From: Elusimicrobiota bacterium
GTDB lineage: Bacteria > Elusimicrobiota > UBA8919
Length of the DNA: 64,000 bases
Assembly: GCA_041658185.1 (NCBI GenBank)
Contig: JBBAAR010000001.1
Span: 44,405-108,404 of the forward strand
Direction: 5' to 3'
Position 1 is the stretch's first letter; each line of letters begins with the position of its first letter. Below, piece after piece: positions 1-8,220 of the stretch. Below the pieces are notes generated by a model that was not told the DNA's origin, did not search any database, and saw only the letters and a program-made list of their open reading frames with translations. The position numbers and the translations under genes are program-made.

Positions 1-122
1 TAATAGACACCCGTTGTTGCCAAAACTATTATCCCGATTGCAATCCATTGTTTCCAAGGACGACCTTGAATTCTATTCTCTGAAAGTTTTTTTTCTGTTT
101 GGTGCGTATTTTTTTTTGTCAT
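1..122 (-). CDS. partial CDS (first 40 codons only, runs off left edge); basic N-terminus plus one TM helix, function unknown
   Basis: ATG at 122..120 (minus) opens MTKKNTHQTEKKLSENRIQGRPWKQWIAIGIIVLATTGVY with no stop before position 1. It is absent from the ORF track only because the window edge cuts it. It overlaps the tail of the MscS-like ORF. Confidence 0.3.
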   Translation of the reverse strand, partial: MTKKNTHQTEKKLSENRIQGRPWKQWIAIGIIVLATTGVY

Positions 123-783
123 AATTTGAAAGTTCCTTTATTTCCGTGTTACGCCAGCCGATGTCAAAAACATAACCTTCCTGCCCGCCTTCCAGTTTAA
201 TGTAATCGCCCACCCTGAGCTGTTTTGAAAGCGTAATATGAAATCCGGCAAAAAGATTTGAAAGTGTGTCCTGCAAAGCGAGTGCGACTGCAAGTCCGCC
301 GACGCCCAACGCAGTGATGATGGGCGCGATTGAAATGCCGAGTTTTTCAAGCAGGATGAGAAAACCGACGACAATTACCGTCCACCTTGCAACGTTCTGG
401 GTTAAAGACGACATCCGGGGTGCGCCTTCTTTGCCCGTGACATAAACATTTATCACTCCGCCGATAATTTTGGCGGCAGCCAGCGTAAATGAAATTATCC
501 ACAGCGAAACCAGAATTTTATCGGCAAGTATAATGGTTTTGTCCGGGACTGACGTCGTTTTAATCGCGGCTGAAATTCCAATTATTACGCACCACAGCAT
601 AAACGGATTTTTTAGCGATTCTATTACGATGTCGCCTACATTTGTCTCCGTTTTTTTTGTGATTTTTTTCAAATACAAAAATAAAATTTTTCTGACGATA
701 ACTCCGGCAATTATCACTATAAACAAAACTGCAAGCGGGTTGAGATAAACCAACCAGTTCATTTTACGACCTCCGATATGCAA
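73..783 (-). CDS. MscS-family mechanosensitive channel, apparently 3'-truncated
   Basis: Pore-helix/beta-domain signature GVGGLAVALALQDTLSNLFAGFHITLSKQLRVGDYIKLEGGQEGYVFDIGWRNTEI. The ORF then ends after 18 more codons and lacks most of the cytoplasmic domain of canonical MscS. Confidence 0.7.
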   Translation of the reverse strand: MHIGGRKMNWLVYLNPLAVLFIVIIAGVIVRKILFLYLKKITKKTETNVGDIVIESLKNPFMLWCVIIGISAAIKTTSVPDKTIILADKILVSLWIISFTLAAAKIIGGVINVYVTGKEGAPRMSSLTQNVARWTVIVVGFLILLEKLGISIAPIITALGVGGLAVALALQDTLSNLFAGFHITLSKQLRVGDYIKLEGGQEGYVFDIGWRNTEIKELSNYDKKKYAPNRKKTFRE

Positions 784-784
784 G

Positions 785-2011
785 TCATTTTATCAAATCA
801 ATTGCTTTTGTAGCGAGCGATAATGTAATGAAAAACCCTGTTAAGTCGGTAATTGTAGTAAGTACGGGGCCTGTGGCGACAGCAGGGTCAACTTTTATAA
901 ACTTCAAAAATAAAGGAATCATTATTCCGACGAAACCCGCTATGTAAATGCTGCAGAACATCGCCGCACCGGCGACAAGCCCGAAATACGGATTCCATTT
1001 CCACAGATATGCAAGCAGGGCAACCTCAAGTCCTAAAACGATTCCGGTAATAAGTCCGAGAAGCGACTGCCTTTTAAAAATCTTCCAGAAATCTTTTGTT
1101 GAAATTTTTCCGAGTGCAAAACCGCGGACAATAAGCGTTAGCCCCTGAAAACCGGTGTTGCCGCTCATATCGGAAATAACAGGCATCAAAACTGCAATCG
1201 CAACAACCGCCTGAATTGTTCCCTGATAAATCGCTATGACGCTTACGGCGATTACATCTAAAAGCATATTAAATACAAGCCAAGGTAAACGCTTTTTTAG
1301 CGACAGAGATAACGGCGCATCAATTGAAAGGTCGTCGGAGGAAATACCGGTAATTCTAATCAAATCCTCTGTCGCCTCTTGTCTTACGGCTCTTGAAACA
1401 TCGTCGGCGGTTATAATGCCTAAAATACAATTTTTTTCATCTACAACAGGTATAGCAAGAAAATTATATTTCTGAAAAAAATTTGCCGTTGCTTCCCTGT
1501 CCAATATATGAGGGACGGAAATAACCGATTTTTTCAAAATATCTCTGATAACGGTCTGAGGCGGTTTTGTTATTAAATCCCGGAGTGAAATAACACCTAA
1601 TAAATGATTCTGGTCATCCACTACATAAATATAAAATGCGCGGTTTGTATCGGGCGAATCCTTTCTGATTTTGTCTATGACAAATTCAATCGCAACATTT
1701 TGATTGAAAGCGGAAAATTCAATCGCCATCATTCCGCCGGCGGTATCCTTGCCGTAAAGAAGAAGTTGGGAAACCTTTCTGGCTTTTTCCGTTTCTATGT
1801 TTTCAAGAATTTCCGCCTGTCCCGATTTCGGAAAAACTTCAAGAACATCTACCATCTCGTCGGAAGGCAAATCACCTATTATCTGTGCAATTTCGTCAGG
1901 CGGGACTTTTTTGAATATTTTTTTAATTTGTGAACTATCCGCAGAACGCAAAAAATCGCGCCTTTCCTGAACTGATAAATTTTTCAGATTTGTTATTTTA
2001 TAGTTTTGCAT
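785..2011 (-). CDS. mgtE: magnesium transporter MgtE
   Basis: MgtE N-domain (DEIAQIIGDLPSDEMVDVLE), two CBS domains (LLGVISLRDL, ILGIITADDV) and a C-terminal 5-TM domain (PWLVFNMLLDVIAVSVIA ... DPAVATGPVLTTITDLTGF). Confidence 0.9.
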   Translation of the reverse strand: MQNYKITNLKNLSVQERRDFLRSADSSQIKKIFKKVPPDEIAQIIGDLPSDEMVDVLEVFPKSGQAEILENIETEKARKVSQLLLYGKDTAGGMMAIEFSAFNQNVAIEFVIDKIRKDSPDTNRAFYIYVVDDQNHLLGVISLRDLITKPPQTVIRDILKKSVISVPHILDREATANFFQKYNFLAIPVVDEKNCILGIITADDVSRAVRQEATEDLIRITGISSDDLSIDAPLSLSLKKRLPWLVFNMLLDVIAVSVIAIYQGTIQAVVAIAVLMPVISDMSGNTGFQGLTLIVRGFALGKISTKDFWKIFKRQSLLGLITGIVLGLEVALLAYLWKWNPYFGLVAGAAMFCSIYIAGFVGIMIPLFLKFIKVDPAVATGPVLTTITDLTGFFITLSLATKAIDLIK

Positions 2012-2168
2012 ATATCGTCGGTATCGTCGGAGACGACAAACCTATTCAATCCCTAAAGGGACTCCCTGCGGTCGCTACTTTCGTCCCTAAAGGGATTTCC
2101 TTCGGTCACAACTACGCAACTACGAAAGTAGTTGACTACCAATTTTTTGATTTTCTTTTTTTGTTAAA

Positions 2169-3644
2169 TTATTTTATCAAAATCCCTGCAATTGTTGCCG
2201 TCATGAACGTAGCAATGGAACCGACTATCATCGCTTTCAATCCTAATTTTGCCAGATCGTGTCTCTTGTTCGGAGCAATCGCAGAAATTCCTCCTATTTG
2301 TATTGCTATGGATGAAAAATTTGAAAAACCGGCAAGCGCGTAAGTTGCAATCACGATTGAACGGTAAGACATATGCGTACCCTGTTTTAGCAGGTCCGCC
2401 AACTGAAGATACGCCACGAATTCGTTCACACCCGTCTTGACTCCAATTAACTTTCCTACCTGCCATGCGTCCTGGACCGGTACTCCCATCAACCACGCAA
2501 AAGGCGTTCCAATAACACCCAAAACGGTTTCAATGGTAAGTATAACAGGTGCATTAACCAGCCGGCACGTTCCGACAAGAATTGCATTCAGCAAAGCTAT
2601 CAATGCTATAAAAGCCAGAAGCATGCAGGCGACGTTCATGGCTAGCGCGAGACCTTCAGAAGCGCCGCGGGCAGCTGCGTCTATGACATTGGCATCTATT
2701 TTTTCGTGGACCATTTTTATATGAGAGCCGCCGGTAAGCGGTTTCTCCGTTTCAGGCATAACTATTTTCGCACAGGCTAAAGCCGCGGGCGCAGACATAA
2801 CCGACTGGGCAATCAGATGTCCGGCGATGTCCGGAAAATACTGACAGAGCATTCCTACGTAAGCCGCCAAAACTCCGCCCGCAGTATTGGCAAATCCGCC
2901 TACCATCACGGCAAGAAGTTCCGAGTTGGTCATATCCTTTACATACGGTTTGACGACCAGCGGGGCCTCGGTCTGGCCTACGAATATGTTCGCGGCGGTT
3001 GAAAGCGTTTCCGCACCGGAACACTTCATAGTTTTTTGCATAGCTATCGCGAATATATTGACGACCCACTGCATCGCTCCGAGATAATAGCCGACCGTCA
3101 TAAGCGACGAAAAGAAAATTATGGTGGGCAGTACATTAAAGGTAAAATTTACCATGCTACTGTCTATTTTACCGGAAATAAACGAACTGAAAAGAAAATT
3201 CGTACCCTGCTGGGAAAAGCCCAACAACGCCATTGCGCCGCTGTTCAATTTCTCAAACAGCCAAAGCCCTGGGCCGGTTTTCAGAACCAATATTCCGAAT
3301 ATGAATTGAAGACCTATTCCCCAAACAACCAACCGCCAGTTTATTTTTGAGCGGTTGTTTGACATCAGATAGCATATTCCCAAAAGCGCAAATAGACCGA
3401 AAATCGAGATTAACCGTTGCATAATGCTCAACGGTACATGTTCCTGCCGCATCTTTTCTATATGGTCCGCTATCGCCTGGGATTCCGCACTTTGGTTTTT
3501 GACGGTCGTCGTGGATACCGCCTTTCCGGCGTCCGCCTTAGTGCCCGACGCGAAAGAATTCATTACCACATATCCGACTGTCGCGCATAAAACGAAAAAC
3601 ACCCAAACCATACTCAGTTTCGTCCACTTTTTAGGCAGAATCAT
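2169..3644 (-). CDS. concentrative nucleoside transporter (NupC/CNT family)
   Basis: Typical CNT N-terminus (RLISIFGLFALLGICYLMSNNRSKINWRLVVWGIGLQFIFGILVLKT) and conserved core (FVGQTEAPLVVKPY, GFANTAGGVLAAYV, GFSNFSSIAIQIGG). 4-nt overlap with the upstream gene. Confidence 0.9.
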   Translation of the reverse strand: MILPKKWTKLSMVWVFFVLCATVGYVVMNSFASGTKADAGKAVSTTTVKNQSAESQAIADHIEKMRQEHVPLSIMQRLISIFGLFALLGICYLMSNNRSKINWRLVVWGIGLQFIFGILVLKTGPGLWLFEKLNSGAMALLGFSQQGTNFLFSSFISGKIDSSMVNFTFNVLPTIIFFSSLMTVGYYLGAMQWVVNIFAIAMQKTMKCSGAETLSTAANIFVGQTEAPLVVKPYVKDMTNSELLAVMVGGFANTAGGVLAAYVGMLCQYFPDIAGHLIAQSVMSAPAALACAKIVMPETEKPLTGGSHIKMVHEKIDANVIDAAARGASEGLALAMNVACMLLAFIALIALLNAILVGTCRLVNAPVILTIETVLGVIGTPFAWLMGVPVQDAWQVGKLIGVKTGVNEFVAYLQLADLLKQGTHMSYRSIVIATYALAGFSNFSSIAIQIGGISAIAPNKRHDLAKLGLKAMIVGSIATFMTATIAGILIK

Positions 3645-4354
3645 AATCCCTCCCTATGCGACTTAAAACGTATAATAGCCCATCCGGCTAAAAAAATAAG
3701 TTCAATCAAAGTCACTAAAATCCAAGGTTCTATTTTGTGCCATAAATTATTTTCGTAGATATAAAATAGCGGCGGAAAAGCCAAAACCAAAAGCAGCAAA
3801 TTCGTTTCATTTTTAAGAACTTTGTCCCAATTAAAAGGTCTTTCCGGTTTTCTGAAGTTTTTTATTCTCGGAAAAAACGCAGGAACAGATTTTTTGTAGT
3901 CATTGTATGCCGAGCCGAACTTATCCGACAGATATGATTCCTCCGCTTTTATTATGAAAAAATACTCAACGGCAAAGAAACCGACGATAACTGCGAAAAA
4001 ATATATTTCCCACCACATTACCGCTAATCCAAACCACATTAAAAAATTTGCGAGATAAAGCGGATTTCTGCAGACCTGATACATCCCATCGGTAACGACC
4101 TCTTTTACATCAATGTTCGTACCGCGTCCGCTTGTTCCCGGTCTCTTGTAGCCGATAACAACAACCCTTACAAAAAAACCGAGCAATGCGAGGATAAAAC
4201 CGAAAACATCAAAAAAAGCATCTGTAATTTTTGAGTCAAGCGATATTTGCGGACTTGTAAAAATTATTAGTATCAGCAAAATCGGAACAAAAAAATAACT
4301 CCTGTATTTGAAAAATATATTACCTATGATAACTGTCCAGTTTTGTTTTTCCAT
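3641..4354 (-). CDS. ICMT/PEMT-family membrane methyltransferase
   Basis: Multi-TM protein with the motif VTDGMYQVCRNPLYLANFLMWFGLAV, typical of isoprenylcysteine carboxyl / phospholipid methyltransferases. Confidence 0.7.
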   Translation of the reverse strand: MEKQNWTVIIGNIFFKYRSYFFVPILLILIIFTSPQISLDSKITDAFFDVFGFILALLGFFVRVVVIGYKRPGTSGRGTNIDVKEVVTDGMYQVCRNPLYLANFLMWFGLAVMWWEIYFFAVIVGFFAVEYFFIIKAEESYLSDKFGSAYNDYKKSVPAFFPRIKNFRKPERPFNWDKVLKNETNLLLLVLAFPPLFYIYENNLWHKIEPWILVTLIELIFLAGWAIIRFKSHREGL

Positions 4355-4365
4355 CTCAAAAATCC

Positions 4366-4387
4366 ATTATATCAAAAGCGATATAAT
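4366..4387 (-). promoter_or_regulatory. perfect palindrome ATTATATC-N6-GATATAAT (operator-like). Its minus-strand reading contains the extended -10 TGATATAAT, 11 nt before the ATG at 4354.
   Basis: Read directly; arms 4366..4373 and 4380..4387 are exact reverse complements. Confidence 0.5.
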
Positions 4388-4420
4388 TAAGCGCTTCAAC
4401 AATTTCATCGCTTTTGTTGA

Positions 4421-4443
4421 ATTATATCAAACGGCGATATAAT
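4421..4443 (-). promoter_or_regulatory. second copy of the palindrome ATTATATC-N7-GATATAAT (operator-like; also carries TGATATAAT on the minus strand)
   Basis: Arms 4421..4428 and 4436..4443 are exact reverse complements. Arms are identical to the copy at 4366..4387. Confidence 0.5.
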
Positions 4444-4489
4444 TCGGGTTTGACTTTGCCTCGCCTCTATAATTATAGGAAATTTAGAT

Positions 4490-5332
4490 TCACAACACAA
4501 CACTTTTTTTTCTTAATGCATGGCATTGTATATTTACCGCAACCGGAAGCGATGTAATATGCGTTGGTGCGGTTTCAATCAAAACTGCAAGAGATGTTGT
4601 TCTGCCGCCGAGCGCCATCGGGCCCAAACCCGTCTTATTTATATCGGCAAGAATTTCTTTTTCTAATTTTTGATAAATTTTTTTAGGGTTTTTAGAATCT
4701 AATTCTCTTAAAAGCGATTTTTTGGCAAGAAGTCCGACGGTATCAAAAGTTCCTCCAAGCCCGACGCCGACGACAACCGGTGGACAGGCGTTAGCGCCGG
4801 CGTTTTTAACCGTCTCAACTATAAAAATTTTTATATCCTTAACTGTCGCCGAGGGAGCAAACATTTTCAATGCCGACATATTTTCTGCGCCGCCGCCTTT
4901 GGCGAGAACAGAAATTTTTAATTTGCTTCCCGGAACAACTTCAGTATGTATTACGGCAGGCGTATTGTCGCCGGTATTTTTTCTTTCAAGCGGGTCAGCA
5001 ACAATTGAGTTCCTCAAATATCCTTTTTTATACGCCCGCCTTACGCCTTCGTTTATTACATCGGTTAAATTACCGCCGACAATTTGAATATCCTGACCGA
5101 CCTTCAAAAAAACAACCGCCGTGCCGGTATCCTGACAGAGCGGAATTTTTTCCCGGCGGGCAATATTTTCGTTTTTGAGGATTTGCTCAAAAATCATTTT
5201 CGCCCGCGGATTTTTTGCCTTGTTGCGTGCAATTTTTATTTTTCTCAAAACATCACGGGGAATTGAAAAATTCACATCAAGTAAAAGAGTTTCCACAGTT
5301 TCAGCAATTTTGCGAGCGGATATTCTACGCAT
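4490..5332 (-). CDS. Fe-S type hydro-lyase alpha subunit (class I fumarate hydratase / L-tartrate dehydratase alpha, TtdA-like)
   Basis: Conserved PLCQDTGTAVVFLKVGQD, NTGDNTPAVIH, AKGGGAENMS, CPPVVVGVGLGGT. No beta-subunit gene is adjacent. Confidence 0.85.
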   Translation of the reverse strand: MRRISARKIAETVETLLLDVNFSIPRDVLRKIKIARNKAKNPRAKMIFEQILKNENIARREKIPLCQDTGTAVVFLKVGQDIQIVGGNLTDVINEGVRRAYKKGYLRNSIVADPLERKNTGDNTPAVIHTEVVPGSKLKISVLAKGGGAENMSALKMFAPSATVKDIKIFIVETVKNAGANACPPVVVGVGLGGTFDTVGLLAKKSLLRELDSKNPKKIYQKLEKEILADINKTGLGPMALGGRTTSLAVLIETAPTHITSLPVAVNIQCHALRKKSVVL

Positions 5333-6830
5333 TCAGATATTCCTCATTAAATATATTTCCCTTGTTGAGAATGCCTTTCGGGTCAAGCACTTTTTTTACG
5401 GCAACCATCTGTTTTATTCCTTCTTTTCCATACATAATCTCTAAATACTGACGTTTGATTTTTCCGATCCCGTGCTCTGCAGAGACAGTGCCGCCGAGTG
5501 AAACAGCTTTTTTGGCAAAATCCAGATGAAGTTCTTTGGCTTTAAGAAACTCCTCATTATTCCTCGGAAGAATGTTCATATGGAGGTGATTTTCACCGAT
5601 ATGACCGAATATAGTGTTCTGCAACTTCATCGGTTCAAGTTTTGATTTATAATACGAAATCATTTCCAAAAAAAATTCAGCCGGCACTGCAATGTCTGCG
5701 GAAATTTTGTGAATTGCCGGATATTTTTGTTTTGTTCTTGCAAGAGTTTCGTTTATGGTCTCGGGAATAGCATGCCTGATTTGTCTTATTTTTTCAATGT
5801 CTTTTTTTTCAAAACCGCCCCAGGTATTATCCATTGAAGAATTATTTTTTTTTAGAAGTTCTTCTATCGCCGACATAGTATTTCCCAAATTATCATCGGT
5901 ATATTCAATTTCAAAAAAAATTGCGGCATTTTTATCCGAAGGTAAATCTGCAATTTTGGGTCTTAGAAGTTCAAACGCACCTTTGTCAAAATATTCAAAA
6001 ACGACTGCCGATGTAAGCATTTGCTTACATTCAAAAAAGAAATTCATTGCATTTTGTTCTTGCGGGAAAAAAGCAAGCAATGTCATTATATTTTCCGGTT
6101 TTTTTGTTAATGCAAGTTCTACTTCGGTTATCACTCCGAGCGTTCCCTCGCTGCCGATAAATAAATCTATTAAGTCCATATTTTTTTTCGCATAATAACC
6201 CGCTGCATTCTTAACGGAAGGCATTTTATATTGAGGAATTTTTATTTTTTTGATACTTCCGTCCGGTAATTTTATTTCCAAATCATAACCATTTGCAAAA
6301 ATCTTTCCTCTTTCAATTGATAAAACATTGCCGTCGGACAAAACAACCCGCAAAGACCGGACCCAGTTTCTGGTCGGGCCATATTTGAAACTTCTTTCCC
6401 CGGAAGCATTTGTAGAAACGGTGCCGCCGATTTTTGCGGTTGATTCGGTAACATCAACGGGATAAAAATATTTTTCGCCGGGGAAATTTTCGTTTTCCAA
6501 AAATTTATAAAATTCGTCAAGCGATACCCCGCTTTCAAGACGGACACGGTATTCGCTGCCGGTTTTTTTTACGCCGAAAATTTTATTAAATTTTTCAAGC
6601 GACATCAAAGCTCCGGCAACAGGCACCGCGCCGCCGACGACGCCCGTTTTGCCGTTGGAAATTGTAACGGTTATGTTTTTATTACGGCAGAATTTCAGGA
6701 ATTCGCAGACATCACTTTCATTTTCAGGGAAAGCCAGATATTCCACATCCCCGAATGAAAGTTTTGATTCGTCCTGTAAATATGCTAAAAATCCTGAAAT
6801 AATGTTTGCTTTTCCTTCAATAATTCTCAT
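5325..6830 (-). CDS. FAD-linked oxidase (GlcD / D-2-hydroxyacid dehydrogenase family)
   Basis: FAD_binding_4 pattern (ITVTISNGKTGVVGGAVPVAGALMSLEKFNKI) and C-terminal FAD-oxidase domain (SAEHGIGKIKRQYL). 8-nt overlap with the downstream gene and 4-nt overlap with the upstream gene. Confidence 0.85.
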   Translation of the reverse strand: MRIIEGKANIISGFLAYLQDESKLSFGDVEYLAFPENESDVCEFLKFCRNKNITVTISNGKTGVVGGAVPVAGALMSLEKFNKIFGVKKTGSEYRVRLESGVSLDEFYKFLENENFPGEKYFYPVDVTESTAKIGGTVSTNASGERSFKYGPTRNWVRSLRVVLSDGNVLSIERGKIFANGYDLEIKLPDGSIKKIKIPQYKMPSVKNAAGYYAKKNMDLIDLFIGSEGTLGVITEVELALTKKPENIMTLLAFFPQEQNAMNFFFECKQMLTSAVVFEYFDKGAFELLRPKIADLPSDKNAAIFFEIEYTDDNLGNTMSAIEELLKKNNSSMDNTWGGFEKKDIEKIRQIRHAIPETINETLARTKQKYPAIHKISADIAVPAEFFLEMISYYKSKLEPMKLQNTIFGHIGENHLHMNILPRNNEEFLKAKELHLDFAKKAVSLGGTVSAEHGIGKIKRQYLEIMYGKEGIKQMVAVKKVLDPKGILNKGNIFNEEYLNA

Positions 6831-8218
6831 AAGGGTTTTATCAGAAAATTGGGATTATCAACCACTGAAATCGTTTTATTGCCGAGATATTTTTCAAGCC
6901 ACAATTTTAACCGTTTTTCTACAGGTTCGGATTTATCACCCCAAAAAACAAAAGGCAAAAATTCGTGATCTTCTTCAATTATACCGTCTTGAATTATGTG
7001 TAAATTTCCCCATCCGACAAAATGCAATATCTGAAAAAGGTCAACCGGCTTTTGCTTGCCTATTTTAAAATCTTTTTTCACGGCATTTATCACGCGAACC
7101 AGCGCTTTTTTTATTCCTTTACTTTTATCCGGGTATCCGTTCAGTTCGCCCATCCCTACTTTCATAAGATTTTTGAATTCTTCATTGCCCCAACCCTGAT
7201 TGCACGGAGCGACATTAAGGACGATTCCGCCTTTTTTAACGGCGTGATATGCACAGTGGGTGGCCTTGCCCATCTGATAAAGATTTACCCCCCAGTGGCT
7301 TGCGCCGGAAATAACAATATCCGCGCGCGCTTTTATATTTACCGTCCAGACATTTTTAAGAACTTCCGCCGCTTTAAGATGGCTTTCAAATGTCTCGCCG
7401 CCGTTTAAGTAAACCAAATCACCGTCGGTATCAATGATTGATGTTATTGTATAGACCTCCCGTTTATTTTTTTTCAGCGTTTCAATAACCGCTTTTACGA
7501 TTTTTTTCTTCGTCTCAAAAACGGGATTGCCGTCTATACTTCCCAAATCAACATTGTGCGCAAACCCGCACTCGCCGAACATTTTTAAGTGCTCGTAAGT
7601 TATGGTCTCCATATCGCAAATTCCCGGACATAATGCCTTGGGACCGCCTGCGATACCGGCAAAATAATGGTTCTCTACATCGGTCAGCGGAATTATAATA
7701 TCGGAATTAAAAACTGTTTCGTTGATTTTTACCGTTAAGCCGTCAATTTTGCCTGCTTCAACATTATTTTCCCTGCATTTGTGAATTACATAATTTACCT
7801 TGCCGAACATTTGAACGCCTAAAATCTTTTTGAGTTCTTCGTCGGTAGACGGACGATGGGTGCCGGTTGCGATTACGACTTTAATTTTTTCGGAGGGAAT
7901 TTTGAATTTTACCGTGAGTTTTTCAACCAAAACCGGAAGGAGAAGCCGCGTGTGGATGTTCGGTCTGTCATGGTCGTCAACTATTATTGACAAATTTCCG
8001 CCGCGATAATTTTCTTTTATAAGAATACTTAAGGGCTTCTGGTTGCCGACCGGTTTTTCAAGCGCATCAGAGAGATTTTGCTCGACATTTTTGATAACGG
8101 GAAGTTTCTTAGGAAGAACTAAAGGCAGGAATTGCCCGTTATCAATCGCTTTTTGCGGAATGAAATCTGACAGGGTCTTTTCGCCGTAATGAAGTACGAC
8201 ATCTTTTGATTTAAGCAT
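6827..8218 (-). CDS. LarA-like nickel-pincer (NPN) dependent 2-hydroxyacid racemase/epimerase (DUF2088)
   Basis: IVDDHDRP, ATGTHRPS, NHYFAGIAGGPKALCPG and ITYEH match the positions of the LarA catalytic His residues, the NPN-tethering Lys and the Ni-ligand His. Confidence 0.8.
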   Translation of the reverse strand: MLKSKDVVLHYGEKTLSDFIPQKAIDNGQFLPLVLPKKLPVIKNVEQNLSDALEKPVGNQKPLSILIKENYRGGNLSIIVDDHDRPNIHTRLLLPVLVEKLTVKFKIPSEKIKVVIATGTHRPSTDEELKKILGVQMFGKVNYVIHKCRENNVEAGKIDGLTVKINETVFNSDIIIPLTDVENHYFAGIAGGPKALCPGICDMETITYEHLKMFGECGFAHNVDLGSIDGNPVFETKKKIVKAVIETLKKNKREVYTITSIIDTDGDLVYLNGGETFESHLKAAEVLKNVWTVNIKARADIVISGASHWGVNLYQMGKATHCAYHAVKKGGIVLNVAPCNQGWGNEEFKNLMKVGMGELNGYPDKSKGIKKALVRVINAVKKDFKIGKQKPVDLFQILHFVGWGNLHIIQDGIIEEDHEFLPFVFWGDKSEPVEKRLKLWLEKYLGNKTISVVDNPNFLIKPL

Positions 8219-8220
8219 TT

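Noticed and set aside
470-748. Plus-strand ORFs lying antisense inside well-supported minus-strand genes. Examples are 470..748, 1604..1933, 12271..12780, 31896..32480, 39864..40421, 45354..45752 and 54702..54983.
   Set aside because: These are shadow ORFs. They are low-complexity or Ser/Pro/Leu-rich translations with no recognisable motifs. They are wholly overlapped by genes with strong family signatures on the other strand.
2012-2168. M-box (ykoK) Mg2+ riboswitch upstream of mgtE.
   Set aside because: I could not find the conserved M-box core by eye; the region is built from short hairpins and word repeats instead. It is left as an open question in the findings, not called.
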